DNA from: Deferribacterales bacterium
GTDB lineage: Bacteria; Chrysiogenota; Deferribacteres; Deferribacterales; Geovibrionaceae
DNA: 64,000 bases
NCBI GenBank assembly: GCA_050253075.1
Contig: JBFWJS010000003.1
Coordinates: 21,358-85,357 of the forward strand
Reading direction: 5' to 3'
Shown here: positions 10,437-19,752 of the stretch, one piece after another
Layout of the letters: every line of letters starts with the position of its first letter
How positions within the stretch are numbered: position 1 is the first letter of the stretch
Position numbers and translations under genes: made by a program
The notes under the pieces: generated by a model
Told to the model about the DNA's origin: nothing
What the model saw: only the letters and a program-made list of their open reading frames with translations
The model's database searches: none

Positions 10437-13400
10437 ATGGCTGGCGCAAAACTTACAAAAGCAGAAGAAATAGAACAAATGGTGGCAGCGGCAGTGGATG
10501 CCGGAGAAGAACGCCATCTGGAAACCGTAGACTTTAATGACCCCAACAGACCAAAGACCTGTCTGGAGGTCGATTTTCCGATCCTGCCGATAAACTCTTT
10601 ATCAGCGATTGAAGCTGCTTCAGGTAGTACAAAGAAACCAATCTACAAAATGTCCAAATGGTGGGCTCGAAGACAATCATCTGTGTTTCGCTCTACCTTG
10701 ATTGCTGCCGCTGCGAAAGCACCGGACGATCAGGCCGAAGCGGCAAAGCTGGTTTGGGAAAACTACTACTGCAACCACCAGAAAAATGCTTCTTTTAATA
10801 ACCTGAAAGTAGCTGACATCTTTATGGGCGGCGGAACCACACTTGTTGAAGGTGCCCGCCTTGGCATGCAGATGTATGGCAATGACCTGAATCCGGTGGC
10901 GTGGCTGGTGGTCAAGAATGAACTGGCCAATGTGGATATCGAGGAGGTCAAACGGCTCTTTGCCTATATAGAATCCGAAGTGAAGCCCCAAATTATGCCC
11001 TTTTATGCCTGCGAAGGTCCCAACGGTGAAAAAGGCATCTGGTACAGTGTGGAAACTGGTAAGCCCATGCCGGAAGATTTTGATCCGCTGGCAGTGGCTC
11101 CTGAAGATCGCAAGAAATACCGCTATGAGGGCCCGGAAATTATCTACACCTTCTGGGCGAAACATGGACCGTGTAGTGCCCCTAGATGTAATCATCGGAC
11201 ACCACTTTTCAGCTCACCTGTCATTGCTGTGAAGGATCTGTCTGTAAAAACATGGCCAAATCAAAAATGTGATGATTGCCATAATTCTTTTGATATAGAA
11301 GCGGGCGAAGTACGCATGGCACCTGATGAGCTGTTAATAATTGCAGATGATAATGATATCTTTACAACTCTTGATTCTAAGGGCATATATTTTTGCCCCC
11401 ATTGTGGTAAAAAGCAAATGAAGAATCTTGAACATGTAAAAAGTAAGAATAAGAAAGTTTCTCTTTCCCTGTTGATTCATCCTGACTGGATGAAAGGTGC
11501 CCCCGGAAGCGATGACCAAGGCGAACTGGGCGGAACCGTAACCAGCACGGTTGAAGAAACCAAACGCTGGAATGAATTGCGCCAGAGCACCCTCAAGCTG
11601 ATTGAAGTGCGTGGAAAACTGCCGGACGAAATCACCTTGCCGGTTAGTGGCGAAGTGATGTCTACCAAAAATGGGACGATTCCAAAGAGGTCCACCTTTA
11701 CCTGTCAGGAAGAAACATGTGGTTTACAGCAGAATAGTATGGAAGCAATCAGAAAATCGTTAGGTTCTGCAGCCATCAGCCCTTACGCATTACATTGTTA
11801 CTCTCAGAAAAGAAAAGATTCCTCTGCAGCTTATAATGGTAGGTTTTCCAAAGGCATTTCAAAAAAAGATTTAAAAAGAGCAAACGCGGCATTAGTTGAG
11901 TGGAATAAGAGATCAATAGGGGACTTAAAAGATTACTTCCCAAAGAGTGAGTTACCATTTGGCGTAATGACACATTTAGCAAATGGCGATTTACCGAAGA
12001 ATTATGGCTATACACATTTTCATACAATGTTTAATTCGCGCCAATTACTAATGAATTCATTGCTTTTAAAAACCATTCATAAAGCTGATGGCTTTTCTGA
12101 AACAGTAAAAGAGATTGCATTTGGCGCGTTTCAATCATTTTTGAGAAATCAAAATATGTTCTGTATTTGGGATATTGGAGCTGACCAATTGACCCCCATG
12201 TTTAGTAACAATAATTATCACCCAAAAGCAACATGGATAGAAAATAACTTTGTGTCGCCAGTAGGAAGAGGTAATTGGAGCACTGCCGTAGACATTGCAA
12301 TCGAAGGTTCAAACTGGAAAAACAATACAACTGAATTAGTTCCAAAGACAATACTGGCATCCGATAATTATGAATTCGAAAAACTAGTTACAGGTAAAAG
12401 TGCCAAGGTATATATGCCTGACAGTGTATTACCAGGTACAAATGTCACCTGCGGATCGTCTACAGAATTGACCAGTCTCGAGTCTGGCTCCTACGACCTC
12501 GTCATAACCGATCCTCCATTCGGAGGGCTTTTGCACTACTCCGAGCTTGCCGACTTTTTCTATGTCTGGCTGCGTTTGGTACTGAAGGATAAGTATCCAG
12601 AGTATTTCTCAGGAGAATACACACCAAAAACTCTTGAGGCTGTAGCCAATAAAGCTAGAAACCCAAAAGATGCTGATGAATTTTATAAGCGTGTTCTCAC
12701 CGATTGCTGGCGGGAGGCTCATCGTATTCTTAAAGCTGGTGGCATTCTCGCATTTACATTTCATCATAGTGAGGATGAGCCATGGGTAGATGTTCTTGAA
12801 AGCCTCTTTAATTCTGGTTTCTTTCTTGAGGCAACATATCCTATCAGATCAGATGAGACAAAAGGTGATGGCGAATTCGGCTCAAAAACTATTGAATACG
12901 ATATAATACATGTTTGCCGTAAAAGGACTGCTGAGCCCTCTGAAATAAGCTGGGCGAAGCTGCGCAGACAGATATTACGAGATGTCCGTCAGCTGCAGGA
13001 TTTACTTGAGCACCATCAAAAGGCTGGTCTGCCTGATGCTGATATTGAAGTTATCAAAAGAGGCAAGGCTCTCGAATATTTTTCACGCCATTATGGCAAG
13101 GTTTATGTTGAAGAGGGTCGTGAGTTTACAATCAAAGAGGCATTAGCTGGGATCAATGAAATTATTCAAGATCAATCAAGTGAAAGCACTACGAAAGCTC
13201 CTGATAAGGCAGAACCTTTAACTCGTCAATTTCTACGGATTTTTGCAGATAGAAGTCAAATTGAACGTGATCAAATTCAAAAATACCTGAGAGGGTCAGG
13301 TGTTGGTCCGAGTGATTTTGTTTCCAAAGCTTGGTGTAGTGAAATAAACCGGCCTAAAGCATTTGTCTGGGCAGACCCACTTGAGTTTGCAAAAGATAAG

Positions 13401-13685
13401 AAATCACTCCGAAGTATTCACAGAGACTTTGATCAGGCGTTGTTCTTTGTTGGTGCCTGCTACTTAGACAGTGGTATTAACCTCAAAAAAGAGATGGAGA
13501 CTTCTGATTTTAGACCTCACCCCGCATTAGGTGACTTATTAGATTGGCTTGGAATACATGGTCCGTCTAATGATTTTAAAAATGCTACCTACACGGCAAA
13601 AAAACTTTTTAATAGCTGGTCAGAGAAGAATCAGATAATAGTTCAAAAACAACTATCAGTATACGATCTCTTAGAGGAGGAGTAA
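10437..13685 (+). CDS. DUF1156-family amino-DNA methyltransferase with Zn-ribbon inserts
   Basis: KWWARR, DIFMGGGTT (SAM-binding), ITDPPF (catalytic), several CxxC pairs. The ATG at 10437 follows the PglZ stop. Confidence 0.88.
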   Translation: MAGAKLTKAEEIEQMVAAAVDAGEERHLETVDFNDPNRPKTCLEVDFPILPINSLSAIEAASGSTKKPIYKMSKWWARRQSSVFRSTLIAAAAKAPDDQAEAAKLVWENYYCNHQKNASFNNLKVADIFMGGGTTLVEGARLGMQMYGNDLNPVAWLVVKNELANVDIEEVKRLFAYIESEVKPQIMPFYACEGPNGEKGIWYSVETGKPMPEDFDPLAVAPEDRKKYRYEGPEIIYTFWAKHGPCSAPRCNHRTPLFSSPVIAVKDLSVKTWPNQKCDDCHNSFDIEAGEVRMAPDELLIIADDNDIFTTLDSKGIYFCPHCGKKQMKNLEHVKSKNKKVSLSLLIHPDWMKGAPGSDDQGELGGTVTSTVEETKRWNELRQSTLKLIEVRGKLPDEITLPVSGEVMSTKNGTIPKRSTFTCQEETCGLQQNSMEAIRKSLGSAAISPYALHCYSQKRKDSSAAYNGRFSKGISKKDLKRANAALVEWNKRSIGDLKDYFPKSELPFGVMTHLANGDLPKNYGYTHFHTMFNSRQLLMNSLLLKTIHKADGFSETVKEIAFGAFQSFLRNQNMFCIWDIGADQLTPMFSNNNYHPKATWIENNFVSPVGRGNWSTAVDIAIEGSNWKNNTTELVPKTILASDNYEFEKLVTGKSAKVYMPDSVLPGTNVTCGSSTELTSLESGSYDLVITDPPFGGLLHYSELADFFYVWLRLVLKDKYPEYFSGEYTPKTLEAVANKARNPKDADEFYKRVLTDCWREAHRILKAGGILAFTFHHSEDEPWVDVLESLFNSGFFLEATYPIRSDETKGDGEFGSKTIEYDIIHVCRKRTAEPSEISWAKLRRQILRDVRQLQDLLEHHQKAGLPDADIEVIKRGKALEYFSRHYGKVYVEEGREFTIKEALAGINEIIQDQSSESTTKAPDKAEPLTRQFLRIFADRSQIERDQIQKYLRGSGVGPSDFVSKAWCSEINRPKAFVWADPLEFAKDKKSLRSIHRDFDQALFFVGACYLDSGINLKKEMETSDFRPHPALGDLLDWLGIHGPSNDFKNATYTAKKLFNSWSEKNQIIVQKQLSVYDLLEEE

Positions 13686-13686
13686 T

Positions 13687-14187
13687 ATGGACCCGATCCT
13701 GCGTGATAATATTTGGCAGCGGAAAGGGATTTCGATACTGTGGGATGATAGCACATTAGCTGATCTGATTAATGATAATCGTGTAATCTCACTGAGAGAG
13801 TTCTTTTCTTTCTATGCACAAAACTGGCCGGAAAATTCGATGCCTTTTATAAATGACGACTTGCTTTTGGTTGCAGGGCTCGATGCAGCTCTTGATACTC
13901 TTGAAGCCTCTGATGCAGAACATTGGGTGACACAAGAGGTATACAAGCGTATTTATGAGTTTCAAAACTGGGCAGAAGGACAGTATGCCCTCGTTTTCTG
14001 GATGAGCAGTAAGAATCGATGGAAAGAACACATAGATGAAGACAGATATACCTGGCTTTGCGACGGGAAAGACCGTGGCAAAGAAATTGAACTAGGTAGT
14101 GGAATATGGAATGGTGCACAACGCAGTGTCCAGCGAATTGAATCAGATAATCGCTGGATAGGCCTTTTCTTAGACAGGATTAGTTAA
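13687..14187 (+). CDS. Small hypothetical protein in the defence operon
   Basis: GAGGAG RBS; 1-2 nt gaps to both neighbours; LLLVAGLD resembles a degenerate Walker B strand. Confidence 0.75.
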   Translation: MDPILRDNIWQRKGISILWDDSTLADLINDNRVISLREFFSFYAQNWPENSMPFINDDLLLVAGLDAALDTLEASDAEHWVTQEVYKRIYEFQNWAEGQYALVFWMSSKNRWKEHIDEDRYTWLCDGKDRGKEIELGSGIWNGAQRSVQRIESDNRWIGLFLDRIS

Positions 14188-14189
14188 TA

Positions 14190-16925
14190 ATGCCTTACGA
14201 GATAATTCCTGGAATTAGGGTTAAACATAAAGATTTTGGTCAGGGAGCTGTTCTTTCAGTATCTGCAGGATTCGCAACGGTTTTCTTTTCTGTTGGAGAA
14301 AAACGAGTACCTTTTTCTGAATTAACACCTGCATTAAGTCGAAATGAAGAAATTGTTCTTAATATCAGCTCTGGCGCAGACCGGCAAAAAAAAGCCTGGT
14401 TGTGTTATAAGGCACATGAGCTGCCGCTCCTTGAAAATGCAACATCTATGACGGCTGCTAGAATTGACCTGTTGCCTCATCAGGTAGTTATTACGCATAA
14501 AATAGCTGTTGCTGGTCCGAGAAGGTTTCTGATTGCTGATGAAGTTGGATTGGGTAAAACTATAGAAACTGCCCTAATCTTAAGAGAACTGGCAAGCAGA
14601 GGAGAGCTTAACAGAGCATTGATGATTGTTCCTGCTGGCCTTGTAAACAATTGGCATAGAGAGCTCAACGAGGTATTTAATCTCAATTTTGAAGTCTTTG
14701 GAAGTGAGGGTGACGTCAGTGATAGAAAGACTAATGCTTTTGCAAAACACAATTTATTAATTGCAAGTATAGACACCCTAAAAAGACCGGAACGGATAAA
14801 AAAACTTTTAGACGCACCTAAATGGGATCTTGTTGTTTTTGACGAAGCACATCATTGCACCGCTTATAAGCAAGGCGGTAAAACCAAGAAAACTCAAAAC
14901 TATAAACTTGCCGAAACAATAAGAGATCATACTAGAGATTTAATTCTCCTTTCAGCAACACCACACCAAGGCGATCATTACAGGTTCTGGAAATTAATTC
15001 AGTTGTTAGACCCTGCATTATTTAAGAATGAATCAGAAATGGTCGAGGAACGTCATCGATTGAATCCCTATGTCTTCAGACGTACAAAAGCTGATGCTTG
15101 CCGACCAGATGGTTCTACTCTTTTTGCTAGACGTTGGGTTCATACTGAGGCGTTTACAATGTCACATGAAGAAAGATCATTCTACCTGGCACTGAATGAA
15201 TATCTCAGAGACGGATTTGCATTGGCCAAAAAACAAGGTAGCAAAGGGAGAGCTCTTGGCTTTGTTATGACCATCTTTCAAAAAATTGCAGCATCAAGCT
15301 TTGCCGCAGTGCACAGAACGCTTCGTCGGCGTTTAATTGCGCTTACTGTTCATGAAGGATTAATTCATGACGAAAACCTTGATATTGATCTTAGAGATGA
15401 TGCTTTTAGGATCGCAAAGGAATATATTAGACTTGAATTTCAGCTTAGCAATGACCAAATGAGCAATCTAGAAGCTGAACGTATTCTCAATGAATTAAAA
15501 CGCAAACAATTAAAAAAGATTAATGAAGAAGAATTACAGATGGCATCAGATACATTTGCTGATGAGCTGACGACACAATCGGCAGAAGATGCTGTCATGA
15601 ACGCAGTAGCCTTTGCATTGCCTGAAGAGCGAGAGCGTATTACAGAATTACTCGCACAGTTTCCTAATATTCAGGAGACAAAAGTCGAAAAACTTATTTC
15701 TGCTCTTGGAATTTTATGGGCTCAAAATCCAGAGGAACGTGTAGTCATATTTGCAACATACCTTGGTACAGTAGAGATGTTAGGGAAAGAAATCAATCAT
15801 TCTTACCCAGGTCAAGGCGTAGTTGTCCTAAAAGGTGGAGATCACGGCAGTAAAGCCGCCGCCGAAAAAAGGTTTAAACAACCAAATGGCCCACGTGTAA
15901 TGATTTGTACAGCAGCTGGACGAGAAGGTATTAACCTTCAGCATGCCAGAGTACTTTTTAACTTTGATCTCCCTTGGAATCCTATGGATATGGAACAGCG
16001 CATTGGTCGTATACATAGATATGGTCAAAAGGACACAGCTCAGGTTTATAATTTAGTTCTAGGTGACACTATAGAAGGGAAAATATATTTACTGCTTGAT
16101 GACAAACTCAAAGAAATAGCTTCAGCCCTTGGAAAAGTTGATAGTAACGGCAATATTGCTGAAGATTTACGATCTCAGATATTAGGACAGCTTCAAGAAA
16201 CCATTAACTATCAAAAATTATATTCTGAAGCTCTCAATGATCCCTCTTTGAAAAGGACACAGCTTGAATTAAGTGCAGCAATGACAAACGCCTCTGAAGC
16301 TAGAAATGCGGTATCTGAACTATTCCAAGACCTTGATCAGTTTAGCTTGGATGAGTACCAACCTCTATCTGATATCGATACGAGTATGCAACAATTAATA
16401 TCCTTTGCCGAAATGTCAGCTTATTTAGAAAAATGTAAATTTGAAAAGAATGACAACATTCACATTTTTACTGATATTAACGGAGACAAAATTCGTTTTA
16501 CGACTAATAGAGATGTAGCCTTAGAAGACGACAGCTTAGAAATTCTTGGGTTAGATCACCCCATTATAGAAAAATGGTTACTAAAATATCGTAATATATC
16601 CACAGAGCAAATTGCTTGTGTAGTGGTTGGAAATAACCTACATAAAGGAATTCTTTCGATTTGGGAAATTGAGACACATAATTCGAAAGGACATATTGTA
16701 AGATCAATTATTAAAATTGGTATGGACCATTCCGGAGACAGGAATGTTTCTATCGAAAAGAATATAGATGATGTATTTTTTTATTCAAGCAATGAAGCTA
16801 TTAAGCCTAATAATTTTCTGCCATTAGCTGAAACTCTTCTTGAAAGAGAAATGAAGCATAGATTTAGAACTAACAGCGATTATGCATATAGTGCAAAACT
16901 AATTGGCTGGATAGAAATTGTTTGA
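14190..16925 (+). CDS. SNF2/RapA-family helicase-like ATPase
   Basis: LIADEVGLGKT, DEAH, SATPHQG, GREGINLQ, PWNPMDMEQRIGRIHRYGQ. Confidence 0.93.
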   Translation: MPYEIIPGIRVKHKDFGQGAVLSVSAGFATVFFSVGEKRVPFSELTPALSRNEEIVLNISSGADRQKKAWLCYKAHELPLLENATSMTAARIDLLPHQVVITHKIAVAGPRRFLIADEVGLGKTIETALILRELASRGELNRALMIVPAGLVNNWHRELNEVFNLNFEVFGSEGDVSDRKTNAFAKHNLLIASIDTLKRPERIKKLLDAPKWDLVVFDEAHHCTAYKQGGKTKKTQNYKLAETIRDHTRDLILLSATPHQGDHYRFWKLIQLLDPALFKNESEMVEERHRLNPYVFRRTKADACRPDGSTLFARRWVHTEAFTMSHEERSFYLALNEYLRDGFALAKKQGSKGRALGFVMTIFQKIAASSFAAVHRTLRRRLIALTVHEGLIHDENLDIDLRDDAFRIAKEYIRLEFQLSNDQMSNLEAERILNELKRKQLKKINEEELQMASDTFADELTTQSAEDAVMNAVAFALPEERERITELLAQFPNIQETKVEKLISALGILWAQNPEERVVIFATYLGTVEMLGKEINHSYPGQGVVVLKGGDHGSKAAAEKRFKQPNGPRVMICTAAGREGINLQHARVLFNFDLPWNPMDMEQRIGRIHRYGQKDTAQVYNLVLGDTIEGKIYLLLDDKLKEIASALGKVDSNGNIAEDLRSQILGQLQETINYQKLYSEALNDPSLKRTQLELSAAMTNASEARNAVSELFQDLDQFSLDEYQPLSDIDTSMQQLISFAEMSAYLEKCKFEKNDNIHIFTDINGDKIRFTTNRDVALEDDSLEILGLDHPIIEKWLLKYRNISTEQIACVVVGNNLHKGILSIWEIETHNSKGHIVRSIIKIGMDHSGDRNVSIEKNIDDVFFYSSNEAIKPNNFLPLAETLLEREMKHRFRTNSDYAYSAKLIGWIEIV

Positions 16926-16963
16926 ATTTGATGTTTCGTATGTTTTCGTGTTCTATTACAAAC

Positions 16964-16992
16964 AAAAAGCCCCGTCAGAATGACAGGGCTTT
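16964..16992 (-). terminator. Intrinsic terminator between convergent operons
   Basis: AAAGCCC.GTCA-gaa-TGAC.GGGCTTT stem with A/T tracts on both sides. Confidence 0.7.
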
Positions 16993-17023
16993 GATGTAAC
17001 AATGAAACGATAAGCAATTGAAC

Positions 17024-17443
17024 CTAGTCTTCATTTGGGAACATTATGGTGATGACGGGGCTATCGTCGTCGCCAGGGCCGATTACAGAAACCAGCTCGT
17101 GCAGACGCTGGGTGCCGCTGTCGTGTTTTCCGTCAATATCCCGAACGCTCACTTTGAAGCGGACACCGGCGGCCTGCTTGTTCCTTTCGGCTGCCATCCG
17201 CATGCAGAATAAAATATCCCACAAGCGGCCGGTAATATCATCCAACCCTTCATACTCTTCCGGCAGTGCAACACAGCTGTCGTAAACAGCCCTCGTCAGC
17301 GCAACCGGAATCTTGAACCCTGCCTGTCTGACAAGCGTCACATGCTCGCCTTCTGGTGTATAGTCTGTTACGTCCACAAGAACGCCATCAGCGATAGCAT
17401 CCGAGCGGGTATATGAGAAGACAATGTCATCTTTACCAAACAT
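17024..17443 (-). CDS. DUF6573-like mobile-element protein
   Basis: SYTRSDAIADGVLVDVT...AGFKIPVALTRAV...GRLWDIL...ITIMFPNED; GGAGG RBS before the ATG at 17443. Confidence 0.7.
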   Translation of the reverse strand: MFGKDDIVFSYTRSDAIADGVLVDVTDYTPEGEHVTLVRQAGFKIPVALTRAVYDSCVALPEEYEGLDDITGRLWDILFCMRMAAERNKQAAGVRFKVSVRDIDGKHDSGTQRLHELVSVIGPGDDDSPVITIMFPNED

Positions 17444-17804
17444 ATCTGCTCCTCCCGCAAAGCGTTGTGTGAGAGATTTGCTCAGTCTCGTAACAGCTTT
17501 TAATGTCATCCAGATAAGAGCTGAAAGTTACGCCGTATTTGTCTACAAATATCTGCTCATATTCAGAGCGATACCTGCGGCCTGAATTATCAAGGTAAGT
17601 AATGTCAGGAATGAACCATGAAAGATTAAGCTCACCAAAAAGCTGACCTGATTCTGTGATAGTCCTTAATGCCTGCTTAATCTGCCGAATGTTATTTTCA
17701 GTCAGGTTCACAAACGCTTTGACAGTTACGCCTTTGAATAATTCCGGATCGGTCAGAACAGTAAGGATTAGAGTTTTGATGATCGGTTGTTTGTCTGAGC
17801 TCAT
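17433..17804 (-). CDS. Hypothetical protein, paralogue of 17801-18178
   Basis: Overlaps both neighbours; aligns by eye with the next ORF. Confidence 0.7.
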   Translation of the reverse strand: MSSDKQPIIKTLILTVLTDPELFKGVTVKAFVNLTENNIRQIKQALRTITESGQLFGELNLSWFIPDITYLDNSGRRYRSEYEQIFVDKYGVTFSSYLDDIKSCYETEQISHTTLCGRSRYVW

Positions 17805-18178
17805 GACAGCCCCCTTACGAGATTGTCAGCGGACTCGTCATCCGTAAAGAGCTCTTTGTGCGTTATGTCCATAGTCTCAAAGCTGACGTTGCAGCCAGAT
17901 AAGTATGAGTAGAATGACACCCCATGCTTATCAACACAGACATGATCACCTTCAGAACTGCATTCCTCGCCTTCGTTATCGAAATAAGTGAGATTGGCTC
18001 CAAACCATACTAGCGTGAGGCCGATAAATTCGGAACCGGAATTTTCGATAATGTCACGAGCTTTGCGGATAAGTTCCAGATGTCCATTTGTTAGGCTGAC
18101 GATAGCTTTGACAGGAGCTTCCATCCATAAATCATGCTCGGTCTCTACTGAGAGCTCGAAAGTTTTAGCATTATCCAT
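17801..18178 (-). CDS. Hypothetical acidic protein, paralogue of 17433-17804
   Basis: AAGGAGG RBS; ATGA overlap with the downstream paralogue. Confidence 0.72.
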   Translation of the reverse strand: MDNAKTFELSVETEHDLWMEAPVKAIVSLTNGHLELIRKARDIIENSGSEFIGLTLVWFGANLTYFDNEGEECSSEGDHVCVDKHGVSFYSYLSGCNVSFETMDITHKELFTDDESADNLVRGLS

Positions 18179-18188
18179 GACAGCCTCC

Positions 18189-19013
18189 TTATGACGCTAT
18201 CAGGTCTTTGCTGGCTTCCAGCTCAACCGATTCTATGATCTCTTTGGAAACCTTGTACGCCACGTCCACAGACTCCATGATCTGGTCGATGTCGCCTTTG
18301 CCCCATCCGAAGAGGTAGCCAAAGGAATATTCGCCGGAATCGATGCCAAAGTGTTCCGCCACGATAAAGGCCGTCATTTCAGCCTCGATCTCTTTAACGC
18401 TTTTCAGCTTTTCTTCGTTGCCGACATGGTTAAGGACGCAGTGAGCAACCTCATGGATGAGGGTTTTCAGTTTCTGCTCTTCGCTTTTGACCTCGTTGAG
18501 AACAATAGCGCAGCCGTCGGTATAGCCTCCCAGCGGTGCAGTGAGCTTCTGCTGGGATATGCTGTAGGTTCTGCCGAACACACTCATAAAGCGTTCAAAG
18601 AGCTCTGTGTGCCCTCCGAAGTCATTTACGAGCGACGGCACCTTATCCCCATCAGTCTGGCTGATGTCGAATACAGGGACAGATACAAAGCCTGACAGGC
18701 GTTCCTGCTGAACGTCAACCTCCAGACCGGTTTCCTCGTCAATTTCTTTGGATTTGTTTTTCCTGAAGCGTGGCGCAAATATCATAATCGCTTTTTCGCC
18801 TTTGCGGACAAACCTTCCGAGCTCATTCCACTTCCGCATTCCGGCAACGTGCGTTGCGTATGGGTTATGCTGATAGATGAGCAGTGTATTGACGAAAGAA
18901 TAGTTTCGGAGCTTGGCCAGAAAGGAGAGATAGTCCTGCAGCATGCCGCTGTTGACGATGTTTTCTATCCCGTCCCTGATCATTTCCCTGAGTTCCATTT
19001 TGTTCTTAAACAT
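18189..19013 (-). CDS. ArdC-like ssDNA-binding domain plus HExxH metallopeptidase domain (anti-restriction/establishment protein)
   Basis: NYSFVNTLLI...VAGMRKWNELGRFVRKGEKA...VFDISQT; TLIHEVAH; EIEAE; GGAGG RBS before 19013. Confidence 0.8.
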   Translation of the reverse strand: MFKNKMELREMIRDGIENIVNSGMLQDYLSFLAKLRNYSFVNTLLIYQHNPYATHVAGMRKWNELGRFVRKGEKAIMIFAPRFRKNKSKEIDEETGLEVDVQQERLSGFVSVPVFDISQTDGDKVPSLVNDFGGHTELFERFMSVFGRTYSISQQKLTAPLGGYTDGCAIVLNEVKSEEQKLKTLIHEVAHCVLNHVGNEEKLKSVKEIEAEMTAFIVAEHFGIDSGEYSFGYLFGWGKGDIDQIMESVDVAYKVSKEIIESVELEASKDLIAS

Positions 19014-19090
19014 TGTGTGCCTCCACATGGTTTTGTGACGGGGCACACTGATATCCCTTGACGGGGTAGAGTGTCCCCGTCTGGGTGTTT
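19011..19090 (-). promoter_or_regulatory. Structured 5' leader with alternative pairings covering the RBS (copy 1)
   Basis: GACGGGG can pair with either of two CCCCGUC copies; GUGUGCC can pair with GGCACAC overlapping the RBS. Confidence 0.6.
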
Positions 19091-19182
19091 TTCATCGTAA
19101 ACTCGTTAACGTTTATAGCGTCGTTATGTTTTCTACGCCGATACAGTTAACAAAGTCACTAACTTTGAAACAATTTGATGTC

Positions 19183-19752
19183 TTAAGCGGTCTTTTGCAT
19201 TTCGCTGGCAGGCAGTATCTCGTTGAGATATCTTTTGCCGTTTTCGCTGGTGTAAACAACAGCGTTTACAGTCTGCTGCACGTCGAGAAGTACAGTGTTT
19301 TTTGTCCTCTGTGTGATGACAAAAGGTTCCTGAAACCCTGCAAACATAATTCCGTTGCCGTCTTTTTTGATAATGACAAGGTTTTCCATAGTGGAAATAT
19401 TTCTGTCCGGTTTCGGCGGCGATGAAGATGTCTGGGCGGATTCGGTCTGCTGAGAGTTTTCAGCATTTGCGGAAACTGGCTGTACCTGATGATCGTGCAC
19501 GATTATTCTGAGATATCCTCTGGAGTCTGATTCAACAAGGCTGTTGTCTTTAACATCAAACCTTCTTGTGGTCAGTCTGCCTGAAATGGATATGAAGTCT
19601 CCGGACTGCGCACTGATTTCAGTGAAAGAGATCAGATAGGCTGCGCTGGAGTCTCCGAATATTTCGATACACAGAGCTGAAGCCGTTTTGCCTTGATAAG
19701 ACACGCTTTGACATGATTTTACGATACCTGTGAGATTAACCTGATTAAACAT
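19183..19752 (-). CDS. Divergent SSB-like OB-fold protein with an extra C-terminal domain
   Basis: MFNQVNLTG...GDFISISGRLTTRRFD resembles SSB; AAGGAGG RBS before the ATG at 19752. Confidence 0.6.
   Translation of the reverse strand: MFNQVNLTGIVKSCQSVSYQGKTASALCIEIFGDSSAAYLISFTEISAQSGDFISISGRLTTRRFDVKDNSLVESDSRGYLRIIVHDHQVQPVSANAENSQQTESAQTSSSPPKPDRNISTMENLVIIKKDGNGIMFAGFQEPFVITQRTKNTVLLDVQQTVNAVVYTSENGKRYLNEILPASEMQKTA

Noticed and set aside
6773..16925. Canonical BREX, DISARM or Type III RM assignment
   Set aside because: No recognisable BrxC/PglX/BrxL, no DrmA/DrmB, and no Res-type nuclease; only the PglZ and SNF2 modules are shared.
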